A stretch of 55,464 nucleotides of DNA from a virus. Taxonomy: Duplodnaviria; Caudoviricetes. Made by a program: the position numbers and the translations under genes. Within the stretch, counting starts at the first letter, position 1. Each line of letters begins with the position of its first letter. A model generated the notes under the pieces. That model saw nothing but the letters and a program-made list of their open reading frames with translations. It had not been told where the DNA came from and did not search any database. The DNA lies in IMG/VR virus record IMGVR_UViG_3300025806_000001, positions 1-55,464 of that record. One strand, given 5' to 3'. Below are positions 9,057 to 17,483 of the stretch, piece by piece.

Positions 9057-10941
9057 ATGGGTTATGCCCGATGGTTATCCAGATCTTAGCCATGCTAGAG
9101 AAGTAGCTATAGATCTAGAAACTCGGGATCCTAACCTAACAACAATGGGGTCAGGGTGGGCTAGAAAAGATGGGCATATTATAGGTATCGCTGTAGCAGT
9201 AGAAGGCGACCAATGGTATTTCCCTATAAGACACGAGTTAGGTCCTAATCTTGACCCCAAAACAACAATGAGGTGGTTACAAGATGTGTGTTCAAAAGAT
9301 CGTGATTATATTTTTCATAACGCTCCCTATGATGTTGGGTGGATGCTCGCAGAAGGTGTGTCTGTCCAAGGAAGAATCGTGGATACAATGGTCGTTGCAC
9401 CCTTGTTAGACGAAAATCGTTTTAGTTATGCGTTAAACGCTATTGGCAGAGATTACTTGCAAGAGCGTAAATCAGAAAAAGAACTACGAGAAGCAGCAGA
9501 AGCATTTGGCGTCAATGCTAAAAGCGAGATGTTTAAACTCCCTGCTGCTTATGTAGGAGCCTACGCAGAACAAGACGCAGCTTTGACCTTACGGCTGTGG
9601 ACATTTTTTAAAGGATTAATAATAAAAGAAGACATTGGTGATATTTTCGACCTAGAATTAAAAGTATTGAAAACGATTATACCTATGCGACAACGTGGCG
9701 TCTGCGTAGATTTAGAAAAAGCCGAGCGTATTAAAATTGATTTAGAGCAACGTGAAAAGAAATTACTTGCTGAAATTAAAAAACAATCAGGTATAGCTGT
9801 AGAGTTGTGGGCTGCTGAGAGCGTATCAAAAGCATTTGATGCTTTAGGGTTAGAGTACAACAAAACAGAAAAAACAGGAGCACCAAGCTTTACTAAAGGA
9901 TTCTTGGCAAACCACCCACACGAAATACCACAAATGATTGTACAGGCTCGTGAGTTTAACAAGGCAAGAACTACTTTTGTAGATACAATATTAAAGCACC
10001 AGATAAATGGTCGTATTCATGCTGAGCTACACCCCTTGCGTTCTGACGATGGTGGTACAGTCACAGGCAGATTTAGTTACAGTAACCCTAACCTGCAACA
10101 GATTCCTGCTAGGCATGGCGAAATTGGTCCAATGATACGTAGCCTATTTATACCCGAACAAGATACATTATGGGGGGCGTTCGACTACTCTAGCCAAGAA
10201 CCACGCATAGTTGTGCATTACAGCAAGCTCATGGGCTTCAGAGGGGCTTCTGACTTTGCAGAACAATACAATGTAGATGCACGAACAGATTTCCACCAAA
10301 TGGCAGCAGATATTGTTGGTGTCCCACGCAAGCAAGCTAAAGATATTAACCTTGGATTGTTCTATGGCATGGGGTCTAAAAAGTTGGCAGCAAGTTTAGG
10401 TTTAGAGTTTGAAGATGCAAAAGAGTTATTTGCTCAATACCATGACAAAGTACCTTTTGTACGAGAACTAAGTGATTACGCTGTAAACAGAGCGAGCCAA
10501 AAAGGTGTGATTCGTACTGTGCTAGGCAGACGTTGTAGGTTTGACAAATGGGAACCAAACAAGTATGGGAGTTGGAAACCAATGACTTACCAAGAAGCTT
10601 ATGCCGAACATGGTCCTGCAATCAAACGAGCGTTTACTTATAAGGCTCTTAATAAACTTATCCAAGGAAGTGCTGCTGATCAAACTAAAGCTGCGATGGT
10701 TGCTTTAGCTGATGAAGGTATACTTCCCATGATTCAAGTACACGATGAACTAGATGTCTCCGTAGAAAGTGAAGACCAAGCTAAGAAGATTACGGAGATA
10801 ATGCAGGATTGCGTCCAACTAGAAGTACCCTCCGTAGTCGACGCAGAGTTTGGACCAAATTGGGGGGAAGCAAAACAAACATTCACGGAGAAACCATGGA
10901 CAAGAGGATTAAGAGACAACCACAGCGAAATGAAAACCTGA
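9025..10941 (+). CDS. polA: Family A DNA polymerase with 3'-5' exonuclease
   Basis: DLET (ExoI), HNAPYD, TGRFS..PNLQQIP, DYSSQEPR, RKQAKDINLGLFYG, IQGSAAD, VHDE. Confidence 0.95.
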   Translation: MQFPLFQPPTEWVMPDGYPDLSHAREVAIDLETRDPNLTTMGSGWARKDGHIIGIAVAVEGDQWYFPIRHELGPNLDPKTTMRWLQDVCSKDRDYIFHNAPYDVGWMLAEGVSVQGRIVDTMVVAPLLDENRFSYALNAIGRDYLQERKSEKELREAAEAFGVNAKSEMFKLPAAYVGAYAEQDAALTLRLWTFFKGLIIKEDIGDIFDLELKVLKTIIPMRQRGVCVDLEKAERIKIDLEQREKKLLAEIKKQSGIAVELWAAESVSKAFDALGLEYNKTEKTGAPSFTKGFLANHPHEIPQMIVQAREFNKARTTFVDTILKHQINGRIHAELHPLRSDDGGTVTGRFSYSNPNLQQIPARHGEIGPMIRSLFIPEQDTLWGAFDYSSQEPRIVVHYSKLMGFRGASDFAEQYNVDARTDFHQMAADIVGVPRKQAKDINLGLFYGMGSKKLAASLGLEFEDAKELFAQYHDKVPFVRELSDYAVNRASQKGVIRTVLGRRCRFDKWEPNKYGSWKPMTYQEAYAEHGPAIKRAFTYKALNKLIQGSAADQTKAAMVALADEGILPMIQVHDELDVSVESEDQAKKITEIMQDCVQLEVPSVVDAEFGPNWGEAKQTFTEKPWTRGLRDNHSEMKT

Positions 10942-11444
10942 CCAAGCTACACGCTCGGTTAAAAGGTGGACACGTTGTTCGGTATCATACACGACCAGAG
11001 TTAGGGGATGGGCAAAATGTAGCTGCTCATACTTGGAGGGCGATAGTTATACTGCAAACCCTTTACCCTGACGCAAGTAAAAACTGCATCTTGCATTTGT
11101 TGTATCACGATGTAGCAGAAGCCGAAGTAGGGGATGTACCTGCTACGACTAAATGGAACTACCCTAAGATAAATGAACTGATGGTAAAAGCCGAAAGATC
11201 TTATGAGCTGTCTATTGGCGTGGGCGATATAGTACACAAAATTACTGAAGAAGACAAGCAAATGTGTGACATTGTCGACAAATTAGAGCTTGTACTGCAT
11301 TGTTATCGTTTAATGCAGCAAGGCAACGGCATGGCAGAGGAAGTATTTTTGCGAGGTGTAAACTATTTAAATAAGAAGTACAAAAAAGAATTGATTTTTA
11401 AACCTGCTTCTGAAATAATAAAAATATTGTGTGATGATATTTAG
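10896..11444 (+). CDS. HD-domain (YfbR-like) deoxynucleotide phosphohydrolase
   Basis: RY..QNVAAH, HDVAEAEVGDVP..K, DKLE; start moved to ATG 10896 after GGAG. Confidence 0.8.
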   Translation: MDKRIKRQPQRNENLTKLHARLKGGHVVRYHTRPELGDGQNVAAHTWRAIVILQTLYPDASKNCILHLLYHDVAEAEVGDVPATTKWNYPKINELMVKAERSYELSIGVGDIVHKITEEDKQMCDIVDKLELVLHCYRLMQQGNGMAEEVFLRGVNYLNKKYKKELIFKPASEIIKILCDDI

Positions 11445-11452
11445 GAGCAGCT

Positions 11453-11608
11453 ATGTTAATGGAAAAGGTTTTGAATGTAAAGGTTACTGTTGAGGAGCTG
11501 TTGATTATTAGACAAGCGATACTTTCTACATGCTCACATGACCCTCGTAAAGCTGAAATCATTCAAAGGCTTTTTGCAAGAATAGAAACTACCTTGGAGG
11601 GAGAATAA
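11453..11608 (+). CDS. Small hypothetical protein (51 aa, absent from ORF track)
   Basis: AGGAG SD; MLMEKVLNVKVTVEELL...; stop overlaps the next start. Confidence 0.6.
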   Translation: MLMEKVLNVKVTVEELLIIRQAILSTCSHDPRKAEIIQRLFARIETTLEGE

Positions 11609-12036
11609 TGATTGTAGGGTTTACTTGTGGGACATTTGATTTGTTACACGCAGGTCATGTTTTAATGCTGCAAGAGGCAAGCGAAGTGTGTGACTTTTTA
11701 ATCGTAGGGTTACACATAGACCCAAGTCACGAACGTGAATGGAAAAACAAACCTGTGCAATCTATTCACGAACGGTTCATACAATTAGAAGCGATAAAAT
11801 ACGTTGATTATGTTTTACCTTATCACACTGAACAAGATATGCACGAGTTATTACAGATACTTAGAGTAAACATCCGTATTGTAGGTGAAGAGTATAGAAA
11901 CAAACCTTTAAGCGGACAACATTTGCATGAAGAGTTGAACATAAGACTGCATTACAATAGCCGTGGACATAGGTTCTCCTCGACCGAATTGCGAGAACGA
12001 GTAAAAAGAGCAAATAAGAAAAGTCATATGAATTAA
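11608..12036 (+). CDS. TagD-like (glycerol-3-phosphate) cytidylyltransferase
   Basis: GTFDLLHAGH (HxGH), KPVQSIHER, RGHRFSSTELR. Confidence 0.85.
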   Translation: MIVGFTCGTFDLLHAGHVLMLQEASEVCDFLIVGLHIDPSHEREWKNKPVQSIHERFIQLEAIKYVDYVLPYHTEQDMHELLQILRVNIRIVGEEYRNKPLSGQHLHEELNIRLHYNSRGHRFSSTELRERVKRANKKSHMN

Positions 12037-12082
12037 ACCATAGTATTGTAAAATACAGGCAAAATCACAGAAAGGATTTTAC

Positions 12083-12343
12083 ATGGCAGATAATGAAGGC
12101 AAGTACCGAGTACAAGAACAAAGAAAATACCATTATGGCAAACCGTTGCCGAGACACGGTAGTCCACGAGACAGAGGTAGTGCAGATGCGTATTATGGTC
12201 GTCAACCACGCCCACATTATTTCGTAGGCAAAACACGCCTATCTAAAGAAATACATGAAGACGGCATGTCTGACGAAGAAATAAACGAGTACTACAAAGG
12301 TTACAACGAAGAAGAAGATCGCAAAGACTGGGGCGAAGAGTGA
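12083..12343 (+). CDS. Conserved phage hypothetical protein
   Basis: HGSP.DRGSADAYYGR motif; AGAAAGG SD. Confidence 0.7.
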   Translation: MADNEGKYRVQEQRKYHYGKPLPRHGSPRDRGSADAYYGRQPRPHYFVGKTRLSKEIHEDGMSDEEINEYYKGYNEEEDRKDWGEE

Positions 12344-12864
12344 ATATATTTCTATTAGACTATGACCACGAAACATGTGCTCAGTACCATTGCGATAAAC
12401 ACGTTGTCAAAATGCCGTTAGAGTCTACCCAAATGCTCAGCACCGTTCATTGGCGACACAATGCCGAAGGACCATATTTACCTGTTCATCAAAAACATCC
12501 TTGTACGTTATGGGCAGGACAAACCGTAGAAAACTACAAATGGCTCTGGCGTCTGGGCATTGCTTTGTGCAAAGAGTATACTTTCAGGTATGAAAAGACC
12601 CATGCTTGTGAAAGAGTTCTTGCCATACTGCGATGTCCACCTGTAGAACTAACTGCAAGGGGAGTAACAAAACACCCTCAGGCTATGCCTGATGAGTACA
12701 AATCACCGAAACCGTTACTCGCTTACCATAATTATTACATCGGTGAGAAAGCGAGGTTATGCACATGGAAAAAAAGAAGAGTTCCCCCATTCATGGAGGA
12801 AATAATGTTATCCCATTCACACGAGAAAAAAGATCCCATTCTGACGAGAATAATGTCACCATAG
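12340..12864 (+). CDS. Pyrimidine-dimer DNA glycosylase-like protein (DenV-related)
   Basis: MNIF.LD..HCDKHVVKM.LES.QMLST, HPCTLW, EYTFRY.K.H, QAMPDEYK. Confidence 0.7.
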   Translation: MNIFLLDYDHETCAQYHCDKHVVKMPLESTQMLSTVHWRHNAEGPYLPVHQKHPCTLWAGQTVENYKWLWRLGIALCKEYTFRYEKTHACERVLAILRCPPVELTARGVTKHPQAMPDEYKSPKPLLAYHNYYIGEKARLCTWKKRRVPPFMEEIMLSHSHEKKDPILTRIMSP

Positions 12865-13007
12865 AGTATAACGAGGTTGACGTTCTTCTCTGTTCACTCT
12901 GTGGAGATAATTCTTTTTTCTTGCTCAATGATCAAACAGGACAAATCGGTTGCTCATCATGTGGATATTTGACAGGTACTCATTGGACGAACAAACAAGA
13001 CAAATAA
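12759..13007 (+). CDS. Small zinc-ribbon protein
   Basis: CSLC...CSSC; true start uncertain. Confidence 0.45.
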   Translation: MHMEKKKSSPIHGGNNVIPFTREKRSHSDENNVTIEYNEVDVLLCSLCGDNSFFLLNDQTGQIGCSSCGYLTGTHWTNKQDK

Positions 13008-13016
13008 AGAGTTATC
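12999..13016. promoter_or_regulatory. Palindromic operator-like site GAYAA-N8-TTRTC overlapping a putative promoter
   Basis: GACAA ataaagag TTATC; 12989-13008 matches 3128-3147 exactly; TTATCA-N16-TACTAT. Confidence 0.65.
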
Positions 13017-13072
13017 AATACCAACTGCTGTGTTACTATATAGTATAGACATTCCGCAGAAAGGGGATATTT

Positions 13073-13255
13073 ATGCGACTAACTAAACCACAATCTACGT
13101 CTTTGCTCCGCAAGTGGCAACAAGACGACCAAGGACTCACGTTTCTTGGTTTCCGTAAACTTGTACAATCCACTAATTTTATGGACGACGCTGTTGTCGT
13201 GAAATGGTGCAATATGTTTCTTGCAATAGAAACTGATGGTTACACACACTCGTAG
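13073..13255 (+). CDS. Hypothetical protein
   Basis: AGAAAGGGG SD, downstream of putative promoter. Confidence 0.65.
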   Translation: MRLTKPQSTSLLRKWQQDDQGLTFLGFRKLVQSTNFMDDAVVVKWCNMFLAIETDGYTHS

Positions 13256-13268
13256 AAAGGAGTTACAC

Positions 13269-13538
13269 ATGAAACCACAACCAGACGCATATGTATTTAA
13301 CGAGGGTAGGTCTCGTACAATACTACATTATGCAGATATCAACCAAGCCTACATCGTATACCGCGAAGATGGTATACACACTGATTCTCCAATACAGGGG
13401 AACGTAAGAGTTCACAACCAATTTAGCGATGCTAAAGCCGATTACGACGGCAGGGTTGCAGCGATTGAACACATGGATATGTTTTTAAACAGAGTTGAGC
13501 AAGAAGCTGATATGTTTTTTGGCTCAGACGAAATGTAG
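13269..13538 (+). CDS. Hypothetical protein
   Basis: Start moved to 13269 after AGAAAGGAG. Confidence 0.65.
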   Translation: MKPQPDAYVFNEGRSRTILHYADINQAYIVYREDGIHTDSPIQGNVRVHNQFSDAKADYDGRVAAIEHMDMFLNRVEQEADMFFGSDEM

Positions 13539-13547
13539 GAGGTAAAT

Positions 13548-13895
13548 ATGTTATCAGCCGATCTTAAAATGTTCACGGGGACAGAACAATGGTTTCGTCA
13601 CCCACTGAGCTCTAACTTTCTTTACACTGATGGTGTAAAGTTCTTTGCTGAACACTGCGGAGGAGGTGCTTACTGGTTTCTAGACATACTAGCTACCGAG
13701 CTCGCCGACTTGCAGGAAACGGAAGACTTTATGTCTATTACACTAGATGTAGTAGACAATTCTGCTAAGATAACTGCCGACGATGGCAATGGTAATGTCT
13801 TGTACACACGAGGCGTAGACTTTACAGATGCCGAGGAAGGCACATGGAAGTTCTTCTTTACTAACAACGTCTTACTACTACCGAGTGAGTACTGA
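13548..13895 (+). CDS. Conserved hypothetical protein (DUF6876-like)
   Basis: FTGTEQWFRH..YTDGVKF.AE..GAYWFLD..DDGNGN..LLLPSEY. Confidence 0.7.
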   Translation: MLSADLKMFTGTEQWFRHPLSSNFLYTDGVKFFAEHCGGGAYWFLDILATELADLQETEDFMSITLDVVDNSAKITADDGNGNVLYTRGVDFTDAEEGTWKFFFTNNVLLLPSEY

Positions 13896-13896
13896 T

Positions 13897-13971
13897 ATGT
13901 TTGAAACAGCAATCGGTTACATCGTTGTTTCTTTAGTTATAGCTCTTGCTAAATCGCAGGGAATGCTATGA
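13897..13971 (+). CDS. Possible 24-aa hydrophobic peptide
   Basis: MFETAIGYIVVSLVIALAKSQGML fills the gap; ATGA overlap with next gene; weak SD. Confidence 0.35.
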   Translation: MFETAIGYIVVSLVIALAKSQGML

Positions 13972-14411
13972 TAGAAACAGCACTTATGTGTCTTGCCTTG
14001 AATATATACTTTGAGGCAAGATCCGAACCTATCCAGGGACAAATAGCAATAGCGGAGGTCACTCTTAACAGGGTGGCTTCCTCAAAATACCCTAACGACG
14101 TATGCAGTGTAGTCTTGCAAGAAAACAAAGATGGTTGTCAATTTAGTTGGTGGTGTGATGGTAAATCAGATCACCCAAGAGAACACAATTCTTTACGAAC
14201 ATCTAAAGCTCTTGCTGAACTCATGTTAGAAGAGGGTAGATACATTACTGTTATCGGTGACGAGGCAACGCACTATCACAACAACGATGTCTATCCTTAT
14301 TGGGCAGATGACTTGCACAGAATACGACGCATCGGGAAACATATATTCTACAAGACGAAGGATAATGATGTATGGCTACGTCCTATGCCAAGACCTAAAA
14401 AGATAAATTGA
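13968..14411 (+). CDS. SleB-like cell wall hydrolase (Hydrolase_2)
   Basis: CLALNIYFEARSEP..GQ.A...VTLNRV, CQFSW, ATHYH, IGKHIFY. Confidence 0.9.
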   Translation: MIETALMCLALNIYFEARSEPIQGQIAIAEVTLNRVASSKYPNDVCSVVLQENKDGCQFSWWCDGKSDHPREHNSLRTSKALAELMLEEGRYITVIGDEATHYHNNDVYPYWADDLHRIRRIGKHIFYKTKDNDVWLRPMPRPKKIN

Positions 14412-14419
14412 TGTTTATC
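14402..14419. promoter_or_regulatory. Palindromic operator-like site GAYAA-N8-TTRTC
   Basis: GATAA attgatgt TTATC at gene end, upstream of 14485. Confidence 0.55.
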
Positions 14420-14484
14420 GTTAAATTTATCTTGTAGTATGGTAATTATATTAACCAACCGATTACTCAAGAAAGGGGTATATC

Positions 14485-14817
14485 ATGAACGAGAAAGAAG
14501 TACAAAATGGGTTATCTAATATTTCTACTGATCCTAATAGGAATAGCGAGTCTGGTGCTACGTTAGCAGGAACTCTTGCTGCTGATTGTGAAAACTTAGG
14601 GCAGACGCTCCGCATGTTGGCAGATAAAATACCACCTAGACAAGCAACAGATAGGCACATACTCATTGAGGCTATACAATCTGCTTTTCGTGAAGACGAA
14701 GCCTTGCGTGACCAAATGTGGGAGTTGTTTGAAGAAAACATAAAAGAGCTTTTACGCAGTGCAGAAGTAGATATTGATGCACATCTTGAAGTGAACTCAG
14801 CTTCGTTGAGGGTATAA
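14485..14817 (+). CDS. Hypothetical protein
   Basis: AGAAAGGGG SD. Confidence 0.65.
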   Translation: MNEKEVQNGLSNISTDPNRNSESGATLAGTLAADCENLGQTLRMLADKIPPRQATDRHILIEAIQSAFREDEALRDQMWELFEENIKELLRSAEVDIDAHLEVNSASLRV

Positions 14818-14819
14818 CT

Positions 14820-15134
14820 ATGGCGAAATGGAAAGAAGTCCCTACTACTAAGACTACTCACACCATCGCAGAAGTGCGAGCTATTATTAGCTCGTTACTT
14901 TCTGCCTCTGAACGAGAGTTTAAACTAGAACATCAAGCTATTGGCGTTCCCATAAAAAACTTTGATGACAACCGTAGGCTAGGGGTAGTCACATTCACTC
15001 TAGCCACAATCTGTTTCAATAACCCTGACGCATTAAAAAGACTTGAAAAAAGGGTGGCAGATATCAATAGGCAAGTACACTTGTTAGATACTCGCCGAAC
15101 AAAAGATACTAAACGTGAAGGGGGAGTTAAGTGA
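14820..15134 (+). CDS. Hypothetical protein
   Basis: Tightly packed ORF. Confidence 0.6.
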   Translation: MAKWKEVPTTKTTHTIAEVRAIISSLLSASEREFKLEHQAIGVPIKNFDDNRRLGVVTFTLATICFNNPDALKRLEKRVADINRQVHLLDTRRTKDTKREGGVK

Positions 15135-15313
15135 TGGCGTTTATAGTAAGAGCAAAAGATCTTGAACCATTCTTAAAATGGCTTGATACTTGTCCATGTT
15201 CATATAGCATAAGCTCAATGCAGAGTGGGTTCGTCCACGTTAAATTCCTGCTTCAACCAGAGGTGCAAACGATTCCTGCACCTGAAAAATATGGGGAGGT
15301 TAAGCATGACTAA
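15131..15313 (+). CDS. Hypothetical protein
   Basis: GTGA overlap, GGAG SD. Confidence 0.55.
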   Translation: MMAFIVRAKDLEPFLKWLDTCPCSYSISSMQSGFVHVKFLLQPEVQTIPAPEKYGEVKHD

Positions 15314-15623
15314 CCCATTATTAACCTTTCATATAGAAGAACCAAACGAAGATTACTGCGGTATGTGTCAGCAATTAGGCGAACCTCAGTATGGTGTTAA
15401 GATGCACCGCAGTCTACCAACTCAAGTGCATTGGGTGCGAGCCGAAGCAGAAGGCTTGCCAGAAGATAAAAAATATGTCAAATTATGCTCAGATTGTTTG
15501 TATGACGCAAGCATGTCAAATGAAGTTGAAGCTATATTTAAGGATGGCGAACCATGGATTCCTGAGCAATCGGGTATGTTTTTCATCCGCAGTAAATTAG
15601 GAGAAACAAATGAGTCAAACTGA
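15306..15623 (+). CDS. Hypothetical zinc-binding protein
   Basis: CGMC...CSDC; start moved to 15306 after GGAGG. Confidence 0.6.
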   Translation: MTNPLLTFHIEEPNEDYCGMCQQLGEPQYGVKMHRSLPTQVHWVRAEAEGLPEDKKYVKLCSDCLYDASMSNEVEAIFKDGEPWIPEQSGMFFIRSKLGETNESN

Positions 15624-15966
15624 TAGAACACGCCCAAGTGATGAGTTTGTGGCAAGAATTTTAACTGATAAAGAAAATGGATTGACTGCAAAGCAAATAC
15701 AGTCTTCCCACGGGATTACAAAAAATCAATATAAGTACATTGTGTATACGCTCGGCAAAAAATTAAATGAGAATAGTGCTAATTTTAAATCAACTAAGTC
15801 TGCTCAATCGGCAGCCGTGACTGTGTCATCTGCATCAGAAGCAAAAGCCGACGTTTGGATTCCCATGGAAAAAACAGTAGATTTTTTCTATCCCAAGAAA
15901 GAAAAGAAATCTTTTTGGAAAAGCCTTGTGTCAAAAATCTTTTTTTGGTATCCTAAAAAAGCATAA
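15610..15966 (+). CDS. Putative helix-turn-helix protein
   Basis: GLTAKQIQSSHGITKNQYKYIV HTH-like segment; basic amphipathic C-terminus. Confidence 0.5.
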   Translation: MSQTDRTRPSDEFVARILTDKENGLTAKQIQSSHGITKNQYKYIVYTLGKKLNENSANFKSTKSAQSAAVTVSSASEAKADVWIPMEKTVDFFYPKKEKKSFWKSLVSKIFFWYPKKA

Positions 15967-16001
15967 GCTCACCTCCCAAGTTATATGCTCACACTCTCTC
16001 A

Positions 16002-16040
16002 ACCCCCTGATTCAACCCTTTTGGTCAGGGGGTCTTTTTA
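16002..16040 (+). terminator. Rho-independent terminator
   Basis: ACCCCCTGATT / GGTCAGGGGGT stem followed by CTTTTT. Confidence 0.7.
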
Positions 16041-16044
16041 TATA

Positions 16045-16232
16045 TTATCTGGACTTTGCTATATAGGGGTAAATGATGGATAGGACTCTTTTTGTTTTTA
16101 ATGATTTGATAATATACAATATCTCACTATACCCCTATATTCAATAGGTTAGCATGGATTATGGTTCTCTGACTCCGATATCTTGATCACAATAGATCAT
16201 TACTTTCGTGTTCGCGCGACTTCAAATCAGGG
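16045..16232. repeat. Non-coding element, copy 1 (related to 53337-53452)
   Basis: Shared blocks TTATCTGG, TTTGCTATATAG.GGTAAA, GATAGGA, ATACAATATCT, ACTTTCGTG.TCGCGCGACT. Confidence 0.75.
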
Positions 16233-16309
16233 CTGTTTTAAAATGGCTACTTTTCTTTTTCCCTCCTATTTAGTAAAGTGGTCCCATCATAACGAGAAGG
16301 AAACTCAAA

Positions 16310-16864
16310 ATGCCTCTTGCAAAAGCTACTCACAAACCCACTATCAATGTCGTCGCTAATCCTCGTGTAGAGAAAGGAATTACTCCGAAACAAGAAGAGT
16401 TTTGTAGAATCTACGTTTGTGAAGACATTAGCCAGACTGAGGCTGCGGTGCGAGCAGGATACTCTGTGAAATCTGCCCATGCCATTGCATCGCAACTACT
16501 CAATGGGCAAAGGTATCCTCAAGTTGTGCAAAGGATAGGTGAACTAAAAAGTGAGTTATCTAAAAAGTACGAGGTAAGTTTTGAAGGACACGTTAAAAAA
16601 CTAGCCGAAATACGTGACGCTGCCATGACTGGAGGAAACTTCGCAGCAGCAGTCGCAGCCGAAAAGTCTAGAGGACAAGCAGCAGGGATCTATATAGATC
16701 GTAAAGAAATCCTTCATGGACGCATTGATCAAATGGACAGAGAACAGGTTATGAAAGAAATAGAGCGTTTGCAAAAAGAGTTTCCTGCACTCGCAGCAGT
16801 AGCCGATGGCAATATGGTCATCGAGGGGACTGTGCAAAAAAAGATAACAAAAGACACTACTTGA
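16310..16864 (+). CDS. terS: Terminase small subunit
   Basis: ITPKQEEFC..Y, TEAAVRAGYS..SA..IASQLL. Confidence 0.85.
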   Translation: MPLAKATHKPTINVVANPRVEKGITPKQEEFCRIYVCEDISQTEAAVRAGYSVKSAHAIASQLLNGQRYPQVVQRIGELKSELSKKYEVSFEGHVKKLAEIRDAAMTGGNFAAAVAAEKSRGQAAGIYIDRKEILHGRIDQMDREQVMKEIERLQKEFPALAAVADGNMVIEGTVQKKITKDTT

Positions 16865-16926
16865 CAAATACCTGTGCTACAGTAAAGTACGATCAATTTA
16901 ACCAACCCGAAGAAAGGGGTTTTGAT

Positions 16927-17127
16927 ATGGCTACTAAGTTTAGTGAGTGGACTAAAAAGTTAGGACAACAGCATTTTGCAATGGCTGATGGCACAAGCAG
17001 GACATTATGTGGGATGCCGATGCTCGGCAACAATTATGCTAGGGATTTATACGACGAGGACAAAACACCCTGCACGACATGTGCTGAGCGTATGGACTTT
17101 ATTGTAACAGGGGAGCTCGTAGACTAA
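16927..17127 (+). CDS. Small hypothetical protein, possibly zinc-binding
   Basis: H...TLCG...CTTC; start moved to 16927 after AGAAAGGGG. Confidence 0.6.
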   Translation: MATKFSEWTKKLGQQHFAMADGTSRTLCGMPMLGNNYARDLYDEDKTPCTTCAERMDFIVTGELVD

Positions 17128-17483
17128 TGGCTAAACTATTTACAAATGAGTACCATATCGTTGGGACATATATTTCTAATCACCGCCTTGGCAAAAATGG
17201 TTGGGAAGACGTGCCTGAAGGATTTGAGGCTGTCGGGCATAGACACTGTGGATATGAAACTCACAGCGAAGCGATGGAAGCCGCTGAAGAAATGAGAACA
17301 CGAGGGTTTAAAGTTTACGTTTACGAAATGAACCCGACACCCATTTACGAAGCGGAGGGTTTAGAACCAGAGCCTGATAATTGGCACGAAGATGACCACC
17401 ACGGTGAATCCTTATCTGACCACTATTATGAAGACATAGAAAGTAGCACTGACTATTGCTACCGCATGGGACATGACATGTAA
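17127..17483 (+). CDS. Hypothetical acidic protein
   Basis: TAATG coupling at both ends. Confidence 0.6.
   Translation: MAKLFTNEYHIVGTYISNHRLGKNGWEDVPEGFEAVGHRHCGYETHSEAMEAAEEMRTRGFKVYVYEMNPTPIYEAEGLEPEPDNWHEDDHHGESLSDHYYEDIESSTDYCYRMGHDM

Noticed and set aside
9025-11444. 2-aminoadenine (Z) genome system suggested by PolA plus an HD hydrolase
   Set aside because: No PurZ/adenylosuccinate synthetase homologue is present
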